Assembly (NCBI GenBank): GCA_044225365.1
Contig: JBGAIQ010000014.1
Coordinates: 80,122 to 144,121 of the forward strand
DNA length: 64,000 bases
Source: Planctomycetota bacterium
GTDB taxonomy: Bacteria > Planctomycetota > B15-G4 > JADJEK01
Direction of reading: 5' to 3'
The position numbers and the translations under genes were made by a program. How positions within the stretch are numbered: position 1 is the first letter of the stretch; the number at the start of each line of letters is the position of its first letter. Under the pieces are notes generated by a model that saw only the letters and a list, made by a program, of their open reading frames with translations, was not told where the DNA came from and searched no databases. Below, in pieces: positions 41,053 to 49,839 of this stretch.

Positions 41053-42479
41053 TTGATCGGGTAGATGATGAAGTCCGCGTGCTTCTCGATCACGGGCTTG
41101 TCGCCCATCGCCGACAAGGCCGCATTCAACTCGAGAAGATGCTCGCGAGTGAGCTGCAGCGGATGCTCGTTCGGATGCGACTTCGCCTGCATCGGATAGT
41201 CTTCCTGCGGAGTCGTCGTCATTTCGATGTGCGTACCGATCACGAAGGCAACCGGCTTGTCCGCCGTGAAATCGACGAGCCGTTGAATGCTCGCCTTGAA
41301 GACCTCGAACTGCCCATTCCTCGTCGCCCCGTTGATATAGAGTCGACCCGGGTAGAGCGAGTCACCCGTGAAGAGCAACGCCGTCCGCCGATCGTAGACG
41401 GCGATATGCGACGCCTCGTGACCCGGGATCGGAACGATGTCGACGACGCGACCGCCGAGGTCGTACGACGCGATCTGATTCGGCCAATCGGCGATCCCGA
41501 AGAACTCCTTCACCTCGGCCACGCCCTTTCCCACGACCGTCGCATCGGGCTTGCCCTTGAATTGCGAGTCCCCTTGCACGTGATCGCCGTGCGCATGCAG
41601 ATGTGCCGCGACGAGATCGATCCGAGCCCTTCCCTTCTTCGCGAGCCAGGCGTCGATCACGCCCTTCACGGTGTCGTAGATCGCGACGTTTCCCGCGCCC
41701 GTGTCGAGCATCAACACCTTCGACTCGCCGAAGATCAACGTAATGAACGGCGCCTCGAAGTTCGTCCTCACCGATTGGCGCAGGATGTAGAGATCCTCGT
41801 TGTACGCATGGATCTGCATCGGCGGCTCATCCTGTTCCGCAGGCAACCCATTGATCCACGACGACGGAAATACGCCCGGCTCGACATCCGGCGCACGCGG
41901 CGGCGCGACCGCATCACTCCTCACCGCGTTCGCTTGGCGAAACAGGACCGCGCGTTGGAAGCTCGATGGCGGATAGCTCGTCGCGCCGTTCGCCTCGCTG
42001 CTCTTCACGGCGGATCCATCCATCGACGAGACGATCTCGAAATGCAGCACTTCACTCGACATGCCCGCGTCGACGACCTCCTCGCGCACGAGCAGGCGCG
42101 AGCCGCCGATGTCGAACCAGGTGAGCAGCACTCCGTCGATGAGACTCGCCTCGAGGACGAGCCCGCCTTCATCGATCGCATATCGACCCTTCGCCGCGTC
42201 GCGAACGATGAGTTGATAAGGCCGTTCGGATCGCCCTGCAGCGCCGTCGTAGATCGTCTTCCATTCGTAGCGCAGCGGATCGCTCGTCTTCGCGATGGTG
42301 AGCTCCATCGAGAATCGATCCTTGGGCCCGGCGCCCTCGCCCCCACCAAAAGCGCTCACGGTCCCCTTCCAGGTCCCGAGCCACGCCTCCGGAAACGATG
42401 TCGCGCCGACCGGAGCGACGGGCTTCGGAGTCGCGGAGCACGAGAACGCTACGACGAAGAGGACGAAGATGCGGCGCAT
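41049..42479 (-). CDS. Lipoprotein: beta-barrel-like N-domain fused to MBL-fold metallo-hydrolase
   Basis: Lipobox-like AFSC; HLHAHGDH, PGH, TGDSLYPG, GTH metal ligands. Confidence 0.85.
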   Translation of the reverse strand: MRRIFVLFVVAFSCSATPKPVAPVGATSFPEAWLGTWKGTVSAFGGGEGAGPKDRFSMELTIAKTSDPLRYEWKTIYDGAAGRSERPYQLIVRDAAKGRYAIDEGGLVLEASLIDGVLLTWFDIGGSRLLVREEVVDAGMSSEVLHFEIVSSMDGSAVKSSEANGATSYPPSSFQRAVLFRQANAVRSDAVAPPRAPDVEPGVFPSSWINGLPAEQDEPPMQIHAYNEDLYILRQSVRTNFEAPFITLIFGESKVLMLDTGAGNVAIYDTVKGVIDAWLAKKGRARIDLVAAHLHAHGDHVQGDSQFKGKPDATVVGKGVAEVKEFFGIADWPNQIASYDLGGRVVDIVPIPGHEASHIAVYDRRTALLFTGDSLYPGRLYINGATRNGQFEVFKASIQRLVDFTADKPVAFVIGTHIEMTTTPQEDYPMQAKSHPNEHPLQLTREHLLELNAALSAMGDKPVIEKHADFIIYPIK

Positions 42480-42522
42480 GCCCCCAACTTAGCGATTGGG
42501 TCCACGCCGCGATCCGCCGCTG

Positions 42523-43908
42523 TCACGACGCTTTTCCGTGGCCGCCGGTGGTCGCCGTGTAATGCATTGGCTTCGTCGATTTGCCGTGCAGATTGGTCAT
42601 CCACACCGCGACGTCGATACTCACGCTGGCGTTCGTCGTCGTCGTATTCGTCAAGCCGTCGTCGGAAAGGTCCGTTTGCAGATCGATGTCCTTCGCGGTG
42701 AGTGCGAAGAACACGTTGCCGCCGATCACTTTCTTCGCGACGCGGATCCTCGCGCCGGCTCCGTCGTTGCCCTTTCCCTTCGCATCGAGCGTGAAGGCGA
42801 AGAGCTTGCCACCGACATCGACGATGACGCGCTGGCCTTCGGGTTCGAACGTAGAACCGCCGACTGGAATACTCCCCTTCATCACGAGTCGATCGTTCGC
42901 GACATTCGCGAAGTCGAGATCGATCTTGAGCTTCGTCGCGAGTGCGGGCGCCGCAGTCGCCGTCGGCGCGCCCGAAGCGGCCGGGAAGGGCGTATCCGTC
43001 GACACGTAACGACTCGCGCCGACCAGGTCCTCGATGGCGTTCGGGTAGCCGTCGCAGTCACTGTCCGTAGCGAGTGGATCGAACTCGAAGCACAGGTCGA
43101 GCGGCCAGTCCGTCCCGGCGGGAAGACTTCCGACGTACGTCGACACGCCGGTGTCGGGATCGACGCGATACATTCGCGAATTCGGCTGGAACGTCGTTTG
43201 GTATCCCGCGACGTAGAGCATGCCGTTCGGCATCTGCGCGAGCGCGTAGGTCTGCGACGCGTTGATCCCGATGTAGCCGATCGTCGACAGCACCGACGGA
43301 CCCACTCCACCCACTTCTCCGAGCGTCTGATTGAACAGATCGAGCAGGAGGAGCTTCGATGAGGTCGCGCCCGGGAAGTCGTTCGTGTACACGAAATTCG
43401 ACGCCCACAACGTCGCGCCGAAATGAACGTCCGACGGGCCATAAGCAACGTCCGGACGCGTCGTCACGACCGTTGCGGTCAGCGGGTCGATCACCCATTG
43501 CTTGTTCAACGCGTCGATCAGAAGGAGATCGCGCGTCACGGGATCGAAGCCGAGATAGTCCGGAGGCGTGGGCGTGATCCCCAGCGAGCCGACGAGCGTG
43601 ACGACCCCGGTGTCGGGATCGAGCTTTCCGAGATTCCCGAGCGCGGTCACGGTGAAGATCTGCCCCGTCGTCACGTCGACCTGGATCACCTGCGGCAGGT
43701 CGTTCGACGCAACGCCACTGATCGAGACCCCGACTCCGGGGTCGGAAGGATCCTCGGGATCGATGCGGTAGATCTTCTCCGTCGACCCGACCGAATCCCA
43801 GGTCAGGAGGAGCATCGGACGCGAGCAATCGAGCGTTCCCGCGCTCGAGGACGAATCGAACGCCATTGCGACGACAGCGAAGAGGAGAGTGCGAATCGAC
43901 GGCTTCAT
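42523..43908 (-). CDS. Secreted beta-propeller (DUF4394-like) protein with Ca-binding-like motif and conserved C-terminal domain
   Basis: Signal peptide; xDPxTG blade repeats; DSDCDGYPNAIE; paralogous to the adjacent gene. Confidence 0.8.
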   Translation of the reverse strand: MKPSIRTLLFAVVAMAFDSSSSAGTLDCSRPMLLLTWDSVGSTEKIYRIDPEDPSDPGVGVSISGVASNDLPQVIQVDVTTGQIFTVTALGNLGKLDPDTGVVTLVGSLGITPTPPDYLGFDPVTRDLLLIDALNKQWVIDPLTATVVTTRPDVAYGPSDVHFGATLWASNFVYTNDFPGATSSKLLLLDLFNQTLGEVGGVGPSVLSTIGYIGINASQTYALAQMPNGMLYVAGYQTTFQPNSRMYRVDPDTGVSTYVGSLPAGTDWPLDLCFEFDPLATDSDCDGYPNAIEDLVGASRYVSTDTPFPAASGAPTATAAPALATKLKIDLDFANVANDRLVMKGSIPVGGSTFEPEGQRVIVDVGGKLFAFTLDAKGKGNDGAGARIRVAKKVIGGNVFFALTAKDIDLQTDLSDDGLTNTTTTNASVSIDVAVWMTNLHGKSTKPMHYTATTGGHGKAS

Positions 43909-45308
43909 TCGTGCGCCTTTCCTGATTTGCCCGCGACCGCGTCGTAGGTGATCCCGCGCGTCATGCCGAAGTGATGAGTCGCCATCCAGAGGTCGACGTC
44001 CACGCTGAGCGCGGCGCCCGTGAGGTTCGCATCGACGAGACCTTCGTCGCTGAACGAGCTCGCTAGCGAAGCGTGCTTCTGCGTGAGCTTGAATTTCACG
44101 ACGCCGGCCTGCGACGGTTTCGACACGCTGAGGCGAGCCCCCGTCGACGCCGTGGCCTTGCCCTTCGCATCGAGATCGAACGTCGAGATCGATCCGCCGA
44201 CGTCGGCGATGATCCGCATACCGTCGCGATCGAACTCCTCGTTGAGCGGGAGCTGGAAGGAGCCCTTCAGTTCGATCGAGTCCCGATTCGCATGATCGAA
44301 CTTGAGCTTGATGCGGAGCCGATCGGAGAGCGTCGTCACGACCTCTTCACTCGGCGCATCGAGCACTCCGGCGAACGGCGTGATCGTGGGATTGCGCGTG
44401 TCGGACCCCGCGCTGACTTCGATCGAATTCGGGAAGCCATCGTCGTCGCGGTCGGCACTGAACGGGTCGTAGTCGAATGCGATGTCGAACACGTCGATCG
44501 ACGGTGCGTTGATCTCGCCGTAGAACGTGGCAGCTCCAGTGTCGACGTCGATCGAGTACATCTCCGAGTCGGGACCGCCAACGCCGCCGAAGGTGACGTG
44601 GCTCGCCGCGTACAGCGTCCCGTCGAGATCGAATGCGAGACCGCCGATGCCCCAGAGGAAGTACCCCGTATCACCGACAGTGCTCATCGCACCGCTGACG
44701 GGGTCGGCCACCTTCGTGAAGATCGTGTCGTTCCCGCTCATCGTGTAACCGAGCGTCGACGTGGCCGCGTCGTGGGGATTCGAGTACGCGAAGCTGATGA
44801 TCCCGTTGGCGGAGCCGAAGTGCGTATCACCGGCCTGGAACTCGAGGGAGCCATCGGTGAACATGGTCGTGTTGTCGTTCTTGTTGATGCGGTAGTTGCC
44901 GTGCTGGAGATGCACGAAACGAAGGACTCCGCTCATCGGATCGAAGCGGATCCAGAACCAGGTGGTCCCGCCGTTCATCGTCGGCAACGAGGTGTTCGCC
45001 GATCCGACCTCGTTCGCGACTCCAGTCTGCTTGTCGATCTTGTACAGCCGACGTCCCATCGAGTAGGCGTAGAGCTGACCCGTCGTCGGCTCGTTCGCGA
45101 TCGAGACGAGCAGGTCGCCGCCCGCGACTCCGGTGACCGCGAGTGGGCTCGCGGCGTCACTCGGGTGCTTCGGGTCGATCCAATAGAGCGATGCCGGATC
45201 GCTGTTCGTGAGCCGACCGAGGACGATCAGACGTTTCTGCGTCGAGCCGAGCGCCGATGCGCCGAGCGCGAGGCAAGCGCCGACGATTCCGAGAGTGCGT
45301 GCCGACAT
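43905..45308 (-). CDS. Secreted beta-propeller (DUF4394-like) protein, tandem paralog
   Basis: Signal peptide from MSART; PTTGQLY, IDKQTG, AYSN; DRDDDGFPNSIE; ATGA overlap with the downstream paralog. Confidence 0.8.
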   Translation of the reverse strand: MSARTLGIVGACLALGASALGSTQKRLIVLGRLTNSDPASLYWIDPKHPSDAASPLAVTGVAGGDLLVSIANEPTTGQLYAYSMGRRLYKIDKQTGVANEVGSANTSLPTMNGGTTWFWIRFDPMSGVLRFVHLQHGNYRINKNDNTTMFTDGSLEFQAGDTHFGSANGIISFAYSNPHDAATSTLGYTMSGNDTIFTKVADPVSGAMSTVGDTGYFLWGIGGLAFDLDGTLYAASHVTFGGVGGPDSEMYSIDVDTGAATFYGEINAPSIDVFDIAFDYDPFSADRDDDGFPNSIEVSAGSDTRNPTITPFAGVLDAPSEEVVTTLSDRLRIKLKFDHANRDSIELKGSFQLPLNEEFDRDGMRIIADVGGSISTFDLDAKGKATASTGARLSVSKPSQAGVVKFKLTQKHASLASSFSDEGLVDANLTGAALSVDVDLWMATHHFGMTRGITYDAVAGKSGKAHE

Positions 45309-45492
45309 GCGAAGATGCCCTCCGAGGATCCGATGGACGTACATCGGATGATTCGAAGGCGAATCCGTAGCGAGCGCGCGCTCGACGGCGGCAACGCCGC
45401 GCAGACTCCCTCAACCATCGCGCGTCGATCGTCGAAGAAGGGTGACAGTGCGCCCGTCGGGGGCGCTTCGGCTTCTCCTCGGGAACCCTTGC

Positions 45493-47124
45493 ATGCCGCT
45501 CCATCGCATCCGTTTCGCCTCGGTCCTCCTCGCTGCCTCGTGCCTCCTCTCGTTCTGCCTTTCCGCTCGAGCCGCGGAGTTGACCGCTCAGCAGAAGCAG
45601 TTCCTGACGAACATCGAGCAACGCCTATCGGAGGTGAAGGCCAACCTCAAGACCGCGCAGGACACGCTCGGAACGGATGCCAAGAAGCCCACGACATCCC
45701 AGACGAAGCTCGCGCTCGTCCGCTCGGGTCAGGCCCGCGCCGATCTCACGGTCGTGAAGGAAGCCGTGAAGAAGCTCCCGGCCGATGATGCCGCGGTGAA
45801 ATCGGTCGCGGATCAATGCGACTCGATCGAGAAGTCGCTCGATGAACTCGACGCGAAGATCAAAGGCGACGCTCCGCCCGCGAAGGCGCCCGCCGCTGGA
45901 ACCAAGCTCGACTACAAGCAGGAGCAGGCCCTGAAGGACTGCCTCTTCTATCTGCGCGAGATCCAAGGCGCGGCGGATGCGCTCGCGGGCGTCGTCGATC
46001 AAGTGAGGGCGGCGAAGGACGTCGACCGGATCGATCATCGCTTGCTCGCGTCGTCCGAGGCGACGATCGCAAAGGCGAAGGACCGCAAGAAAGCGATCGA
46101 CGATCGACTCGCCACTCTGCCCGCCGATGGAACGGGTGTGAAAGAAGCGCGGAGCGACACGGATGCGGCGATGGCACGCGTCGATTCCGCCGCCGCGAAT
46201 CTCGGCCCGATCCAAGAGCGCGTAAAGAAGTTGATCGACCCCGCGACGCACCCGACTCTCGACGCCGACGTCAAGCGCCTTCAAGGACTGGGCCAGATGT
46301 TCTCGGATCCTGGGATCCTGGTCGGCGATCGGAAGCACGCGGCGACGATCTGCCTGCAGCGCAAGGCCGCGCACGAGGAACTCGATCGAATCGCGCAGGC
46401 TTACGACGCACTCGTGAGCCAGCAGACGCCCGACGGCAAGAAGGTCGAGGGCGTCGCGAAGTTCCTCGCAGAGAACCTTGCGAAGTTCGACGCTGCCGCG
46501 AACGCGACCGCATCGGCGCTTCCCGGAGAGATCGAATCCGATATCGCCGCCGTGCTGAAGATGACGGACGACGCCGTCGCGAGTGAGAAGACCGCGTTCT
46601 TCACCGGCGGCATTCCGCAGAGCGTGTCGAACTTGGGAGCGAAGATCGAACTCCTCGCTGCGCTCGATCCCAGGGCTGGAGAGACCGCGACGGCATCGCT
46701 CCAGTCCGCAAAGCGGCAGATCGTCGAGAAGCAGCGGTCGCTACGCGAGAAGATCATCGATCAGAACGACTTGCCACCCGATCGCTACACCGCAGCCGAC
46801 CGCCAGAAGCTGGCGGACGCAGCGATCGCAAGATGGGTCGAGCTGGAGCCGAAGGCGAAGATCCTCGCGGTCCGAATTCCCTCCGACCGCTGGAGCCGCG
46901 ACGCAATGTGGCGACTCGAGAACCGGACCTGGTACTGGATCGACCGTTCGAAACTCCAGGTCCAGCTCATCGTTCAGCAGGACGAACAGCTCGCCGCGAT
47001 CCGACCGATCGACCTCTACATCGATCACGTCGACGGTGACAAGCTGTCCGCGATCCCGTTCCACGACTCGGTCGGATCGGAGCTGGCTCCGCACGAGATC
47101 CTGCGCGTCGCGAAGGTCCGCTGA
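45493..47124 (+). CDS. Secreted alpha-helical/coiled-coil hypothetical protein
   Basis: Signal peptide ending ARA-AE; Ala/Lys/Asp-rich helical body; Trp-rich alpha/beta C-terminal domain. Confidence 0.75.
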   Translation: MPLHRIRFASVLLAASCLLSFCLSARAAELTAQQKQFLTNIEQRLSEVKANLKTAQDTLGTDAKKPTTSQTKLALVRSGQARADLTVVKEAVKKLPADDAAVKSVADQCDSIEKSLDELDAKIKGDAPPAKAPAAGTKLDYKQEQALKDCLFYLREIQGAADALAGVVDQVRAAKDVDRIDHRLLASSEATIAKAKDRKKAIDDRLATLPADGTGVKEARSDTDAAMARVDSAAANLGPIQERVKKLIDPATHPTLDADVKRLQGLGQMFSDPGILVGDRKHAATICLQRKAAHEELDRIAQAYDALVSQQTPDGKKVEGVAKFLAENLAKFDAAANATASALPGEIESDIAAVLKMTDDAVASEKTAFFTGGIPQSVSNLGAKIELLAALDPRAGETATASLQSAKRQIVEKQRSLREKIIDQNDLPPDRYTAADRQKLADAAIARWVELEPKAKILAVRIPSDRWSRDAMWRLENRTWYWIDRSKLQVQLIVQQDEQLAAIRPIDLYIDHVDGDKLSAIPFHDSVGSELAPHEILRVAKVR

Positions 47125-47143
47125 TCTCCAGGGAGCCGAATCG

Positions 47144-48727
47144 TCACTCCTTGTCGGTCGGGTCGTTGAAGAGAATCGTCAGCAGGATGCTTCCGTGTCC
47201 CTTCTGCGGAAACGCCGGATCGCTCGGATTGCCGGGATTCAGATTCGATGCCGTGTCGTCCGGCGGAAACAGGACCAGCGACTGGAGGAATGCGAGGACC
47301 GCGACTTCATCCGTCGCCGAAAGGCCCTGGTAGCGATCACGCGAAAGTCGCGCCTCTCCGCCGTGACGAAGGATGACTTCACTCAACGTCGCGCTGCGAC
47401 CATCGTGTCCGTATGGACCGGTCGTGCCCACCCCCCACAGCGGCTCCGTCATGAACTGCTTCGTCGTGGTTCCGTCGAAGTTGTTCTCGTGGAAACCGGC
47501 GCCGAGGTCGTGCCGCTTGAGGTCGGTGAAGACGTTCTTCACGACGAAGGACCCTCCCGCGGGGAGTTTCTTGTCGGGCAGCCCCGTCCCGTCGTTGACG
47601 ACGAGGGTCTTCAGCGTCGCGGTCGCGAACAGGCTGTTGAAGTTGCCCGCCGCGAGAACAGGGTCGTAGACCGTTTCGACGTCCGCGACGCGCCGGTCGT
47701 GCTCGATCGTGAGGTCCGCCACGTGGCAATCGGCGCATCCGATCGCGTCGAACACTTTTCGACCTTGGACGGTCACCGCGTTCTGCTCGTAGAGTCCGGG
47801 CTTGAAGTAGTTCAGCAGGTAGAACTCCATGTAGTCGACGATCGCGACGTCGACTTCGTTGGCGACGCCATCTCCGTCGCCATCGATCACCGGGCTCGCT
47901 ACCGGCGGCGCGCCGATCGAGTCCTTCGAACCCGTGAGTTCCATGCCCGCGGGGGTCGTCACGTCCATGCCGCCCGACGCTTTCAGAAGATCCGGATCGG
48001 GTGCCTCGAGACCCATCTCGGCCTTCAGCGCTCCCACGACGAATGACCGTATCGAGAAGTCTCCACCCTGATGGAAGAACGGTCGCACGCGGAGATCCTG
48101 ATCGACGCCGATCACGCCGGACGCGTCGACGCTCCCGTTCGGAGTGGCGATGAGGGTTCCGTACGAGATGCCCTTGCTCTGCAGCTTCACGGGGACCCGA
48201 CGCCCCGTCACCGTGGCGAGCGCGAGCCCGGCGTCCTTCTGCTGGCGAAGATCCTTCGTCACTTCGTCGGCAAGCATCTCGAGCAGGCCGATCCCGTAGA
48301 GATGACGTGCGTCGCGACTGTCCGGACGCGTGAATACATCACCACCCGCGCCCGCTCCACCCTTCGGGCGACCGTGACACGATGCGCAACTGTCGGCGAG
48401 TCCCGCTCCGAGCGCTGGATTCGCGACGATGTCACCGACACCGTGACCGGCTCGCGGGCCGGCGCCCTGCGCCTCGGTGAATTTGCGTTGGAAGAGTTGG
48501 CGCCCGCGACGGATCGCGCGGAATGGGTCACGCTGGATGTTGAAGATCGATGAATCGGGCGTCATCGCATCTCCACGGCTCGCGCCAATCTCCTGCAGCA
48601 GAGATTTCTGGATCCCCGCCTTTGCCGGATTGGGCGTTTGGGTGACATCCGTCATCTGGGCGCGGAGCGTCCCGCTGAGTGTCAATGCGGAGAGCACGAG
48701 GAGTGAGTTCTTCAACGACATGGCCAT
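47144..48727 (-). CDS. Di-heme oxidoreductase (DHOR/DUF1111-like) family protein
   Basis: Signal peptide; CASCH and CADCH; FTDLKRHDLG, TEPLWGVG, HDGRS, ILRHGGEA. Confidence 0.88.
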   Translation of the reverse strand: MAMSLKNSLLVLSALTLSGTLRAQMTDVTQTPNPAKAGIQKSLLQEIGASRGDAMTPDSSIFNIQRDPFRAIRRGRQLFQRKFTEAQGAGPRAGHGVGDIVANPALGAGLADSCASCHGRPKGGAGAGGDVFTRPDSRDARHLYGIGLLEMLADEVTKDLRQQKDAGLALATVTGRRVPVKLQSKGISYGTLIATPNGSVDASGVIGVDQDLRVRPFFHQGGDFSIRSFVVGALKAEMGLEAPDPDLLKASGGMDVTTPAGMELTGSKDSIGAPPVASPVIDGDGDGVANEVDVAIVDYMEFYLLNYFKPGLYEQNAVTVQGRKVFDAIGCADCHVADLTIEHDRRVADVETVYDPVLAAGNFNSLFATATLKTLVVNDGTGLPDKKLPAGGSFVVKNVFTDLKRHDLGAGFHENNFDGTTTKQFMTEPLWGVGTTGPYGHDGRSATLSEVILRHGGEARLSRDRYQGLSATDEVAVLAFLQSLVLFPPDDTASNLNPGNPSDPAFPQKGHGSILLTILFNDPTDKE

Positions 48728-48813
48728 GCACCTTTCGCGACGTGGGTAGGAGCGCGGCCTCGCCGGTAAGGAATCACGGCGAAACCACTCGTTGGCGAGT
48801 CGCGCAGATTTGA

Positions 48814-48829
48814 TGCATCCTTCGTGCCG
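48814..48829 (-). promoter_or_regulatory. Putative sigma54 promoter
   Basis: Minus strand CGGCACGAAGGATGCA, GG-N10-GC, about 90 nt upstream of ATG 48727. Confidence 0.6.
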
Positions 48830-48967
48830 CTTTTTCGAGCGACGATCGCGCGCCGCGTCCATCGAACGGATCATGGCGTGATTTCGCCGAGCGGCGTCCC
48901 GTTTCGAGATATCGAGCTCTTGATCTCCGCCTCTTGCCCGCGCGCACTTCCCGCGGCGACTCCCGCT

Positions 48968-49780
48968 TCACGACGGAGTCTTGCGGTCCCTTCGAGTCAT
49001 CACTCTTTGCTTCGACTCGCGCGCCACGAGACGCTTCACCATCGCGGCGCGCGTGAGATCGCGCAGTGCATCCTTCCCGACCCAGCGCGACGCGGAGTCG
49101 GAGGAATTCGCGAGATTCGTCGCGAGCGTCACGGCGGCGCCATGCAGCGCCGAGGATCGCCAACCGATGCGCCGCAGCGCCCAGCTCACGCCCTTCTTCA
49201 CGAAGTTGCGTTCATCCACCGCACCGCGCTCGATGAATGGGAGGCTGTCGATGAATTGCGTTTCGGTCGCATTCTTGTCATGTCCCGCGAGGCACGCGAG
49301 CAGTGCGAAGCCGGCTCGGCGCACGAATTCGCGATCGTCCTCGCACCACGGCTTTATGCGGCCCCACGCCCCTTTCGACTTGTCGAAGAGGACGAAGCAC
49401 ACTGTGTCGCATACTCCCCAGTTGTCGAACTCGCGGACGAAGGCGTCCATCTGACTCACGGTGAGTGCATCCGGCTCGCCGACGTACGCCGTGAGCAACC
49501 GCGCTTCGTAGTTCCTCGTCTTCCACAGACCGAGTGCAAGTTCGTGGTCTCGTCCCAGACGCTTTGCGAGCTTCTGGATGTCGGCCATGCCGACTCCGAA
49601 CGCATCCTTCGCGACGATTCCAAACCTCACGAGACTCTGTCGACCGCGCTCCGTGCCCATCGACTGGAGCGTGGCGAGTGCAATCCTCACGCGCTCCGCA
49701 ACGGGCGCGCCCGGTTCGAAGATTGGAGGGCTTCCTGAACGCTTCGACTTCTTGACCACCATCGCGATGACCTCGCTCAC
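48968..49780 (-). CDS. DNA alkylation repair protein (AlkD-like HEAT-repeat glycosylase)
   Basis: FDNWGVCD, EFVRRAGF, DERNFVKKGVSWALRRIG; start may be 49762. Confidence 0.9.
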   Translation of the reverse strand: MSEVIAMVVKKSKRSGSPPIFEPGAPVAERVRIALATLQSMGTERGRQSLVRFGIVAKDAFGVGMADIQKLAKRLGRDHELALGLWKTRNYEARLLTAYVGEPDALTVSQMDAFVREFDNWGVCDTVCFVLFDKSKGAWGRIKPWCEDDREFVRRAGFALLACLAGHDKNATETQFIDSLPFIERGAVDERNFVKKGVSWALRRIGWRSSALHGAAVTLATNLANSSDSASRWVGKDALRDLTRAAMVKRLVARESKQRVMTRRDRKTPS

Positions 49781-49839
49781 GAGTGGAGCGAAGATACCTC
49801 ACGGGTCGACTCCTTGCCGACTATCATTCGCCGGGCGCG

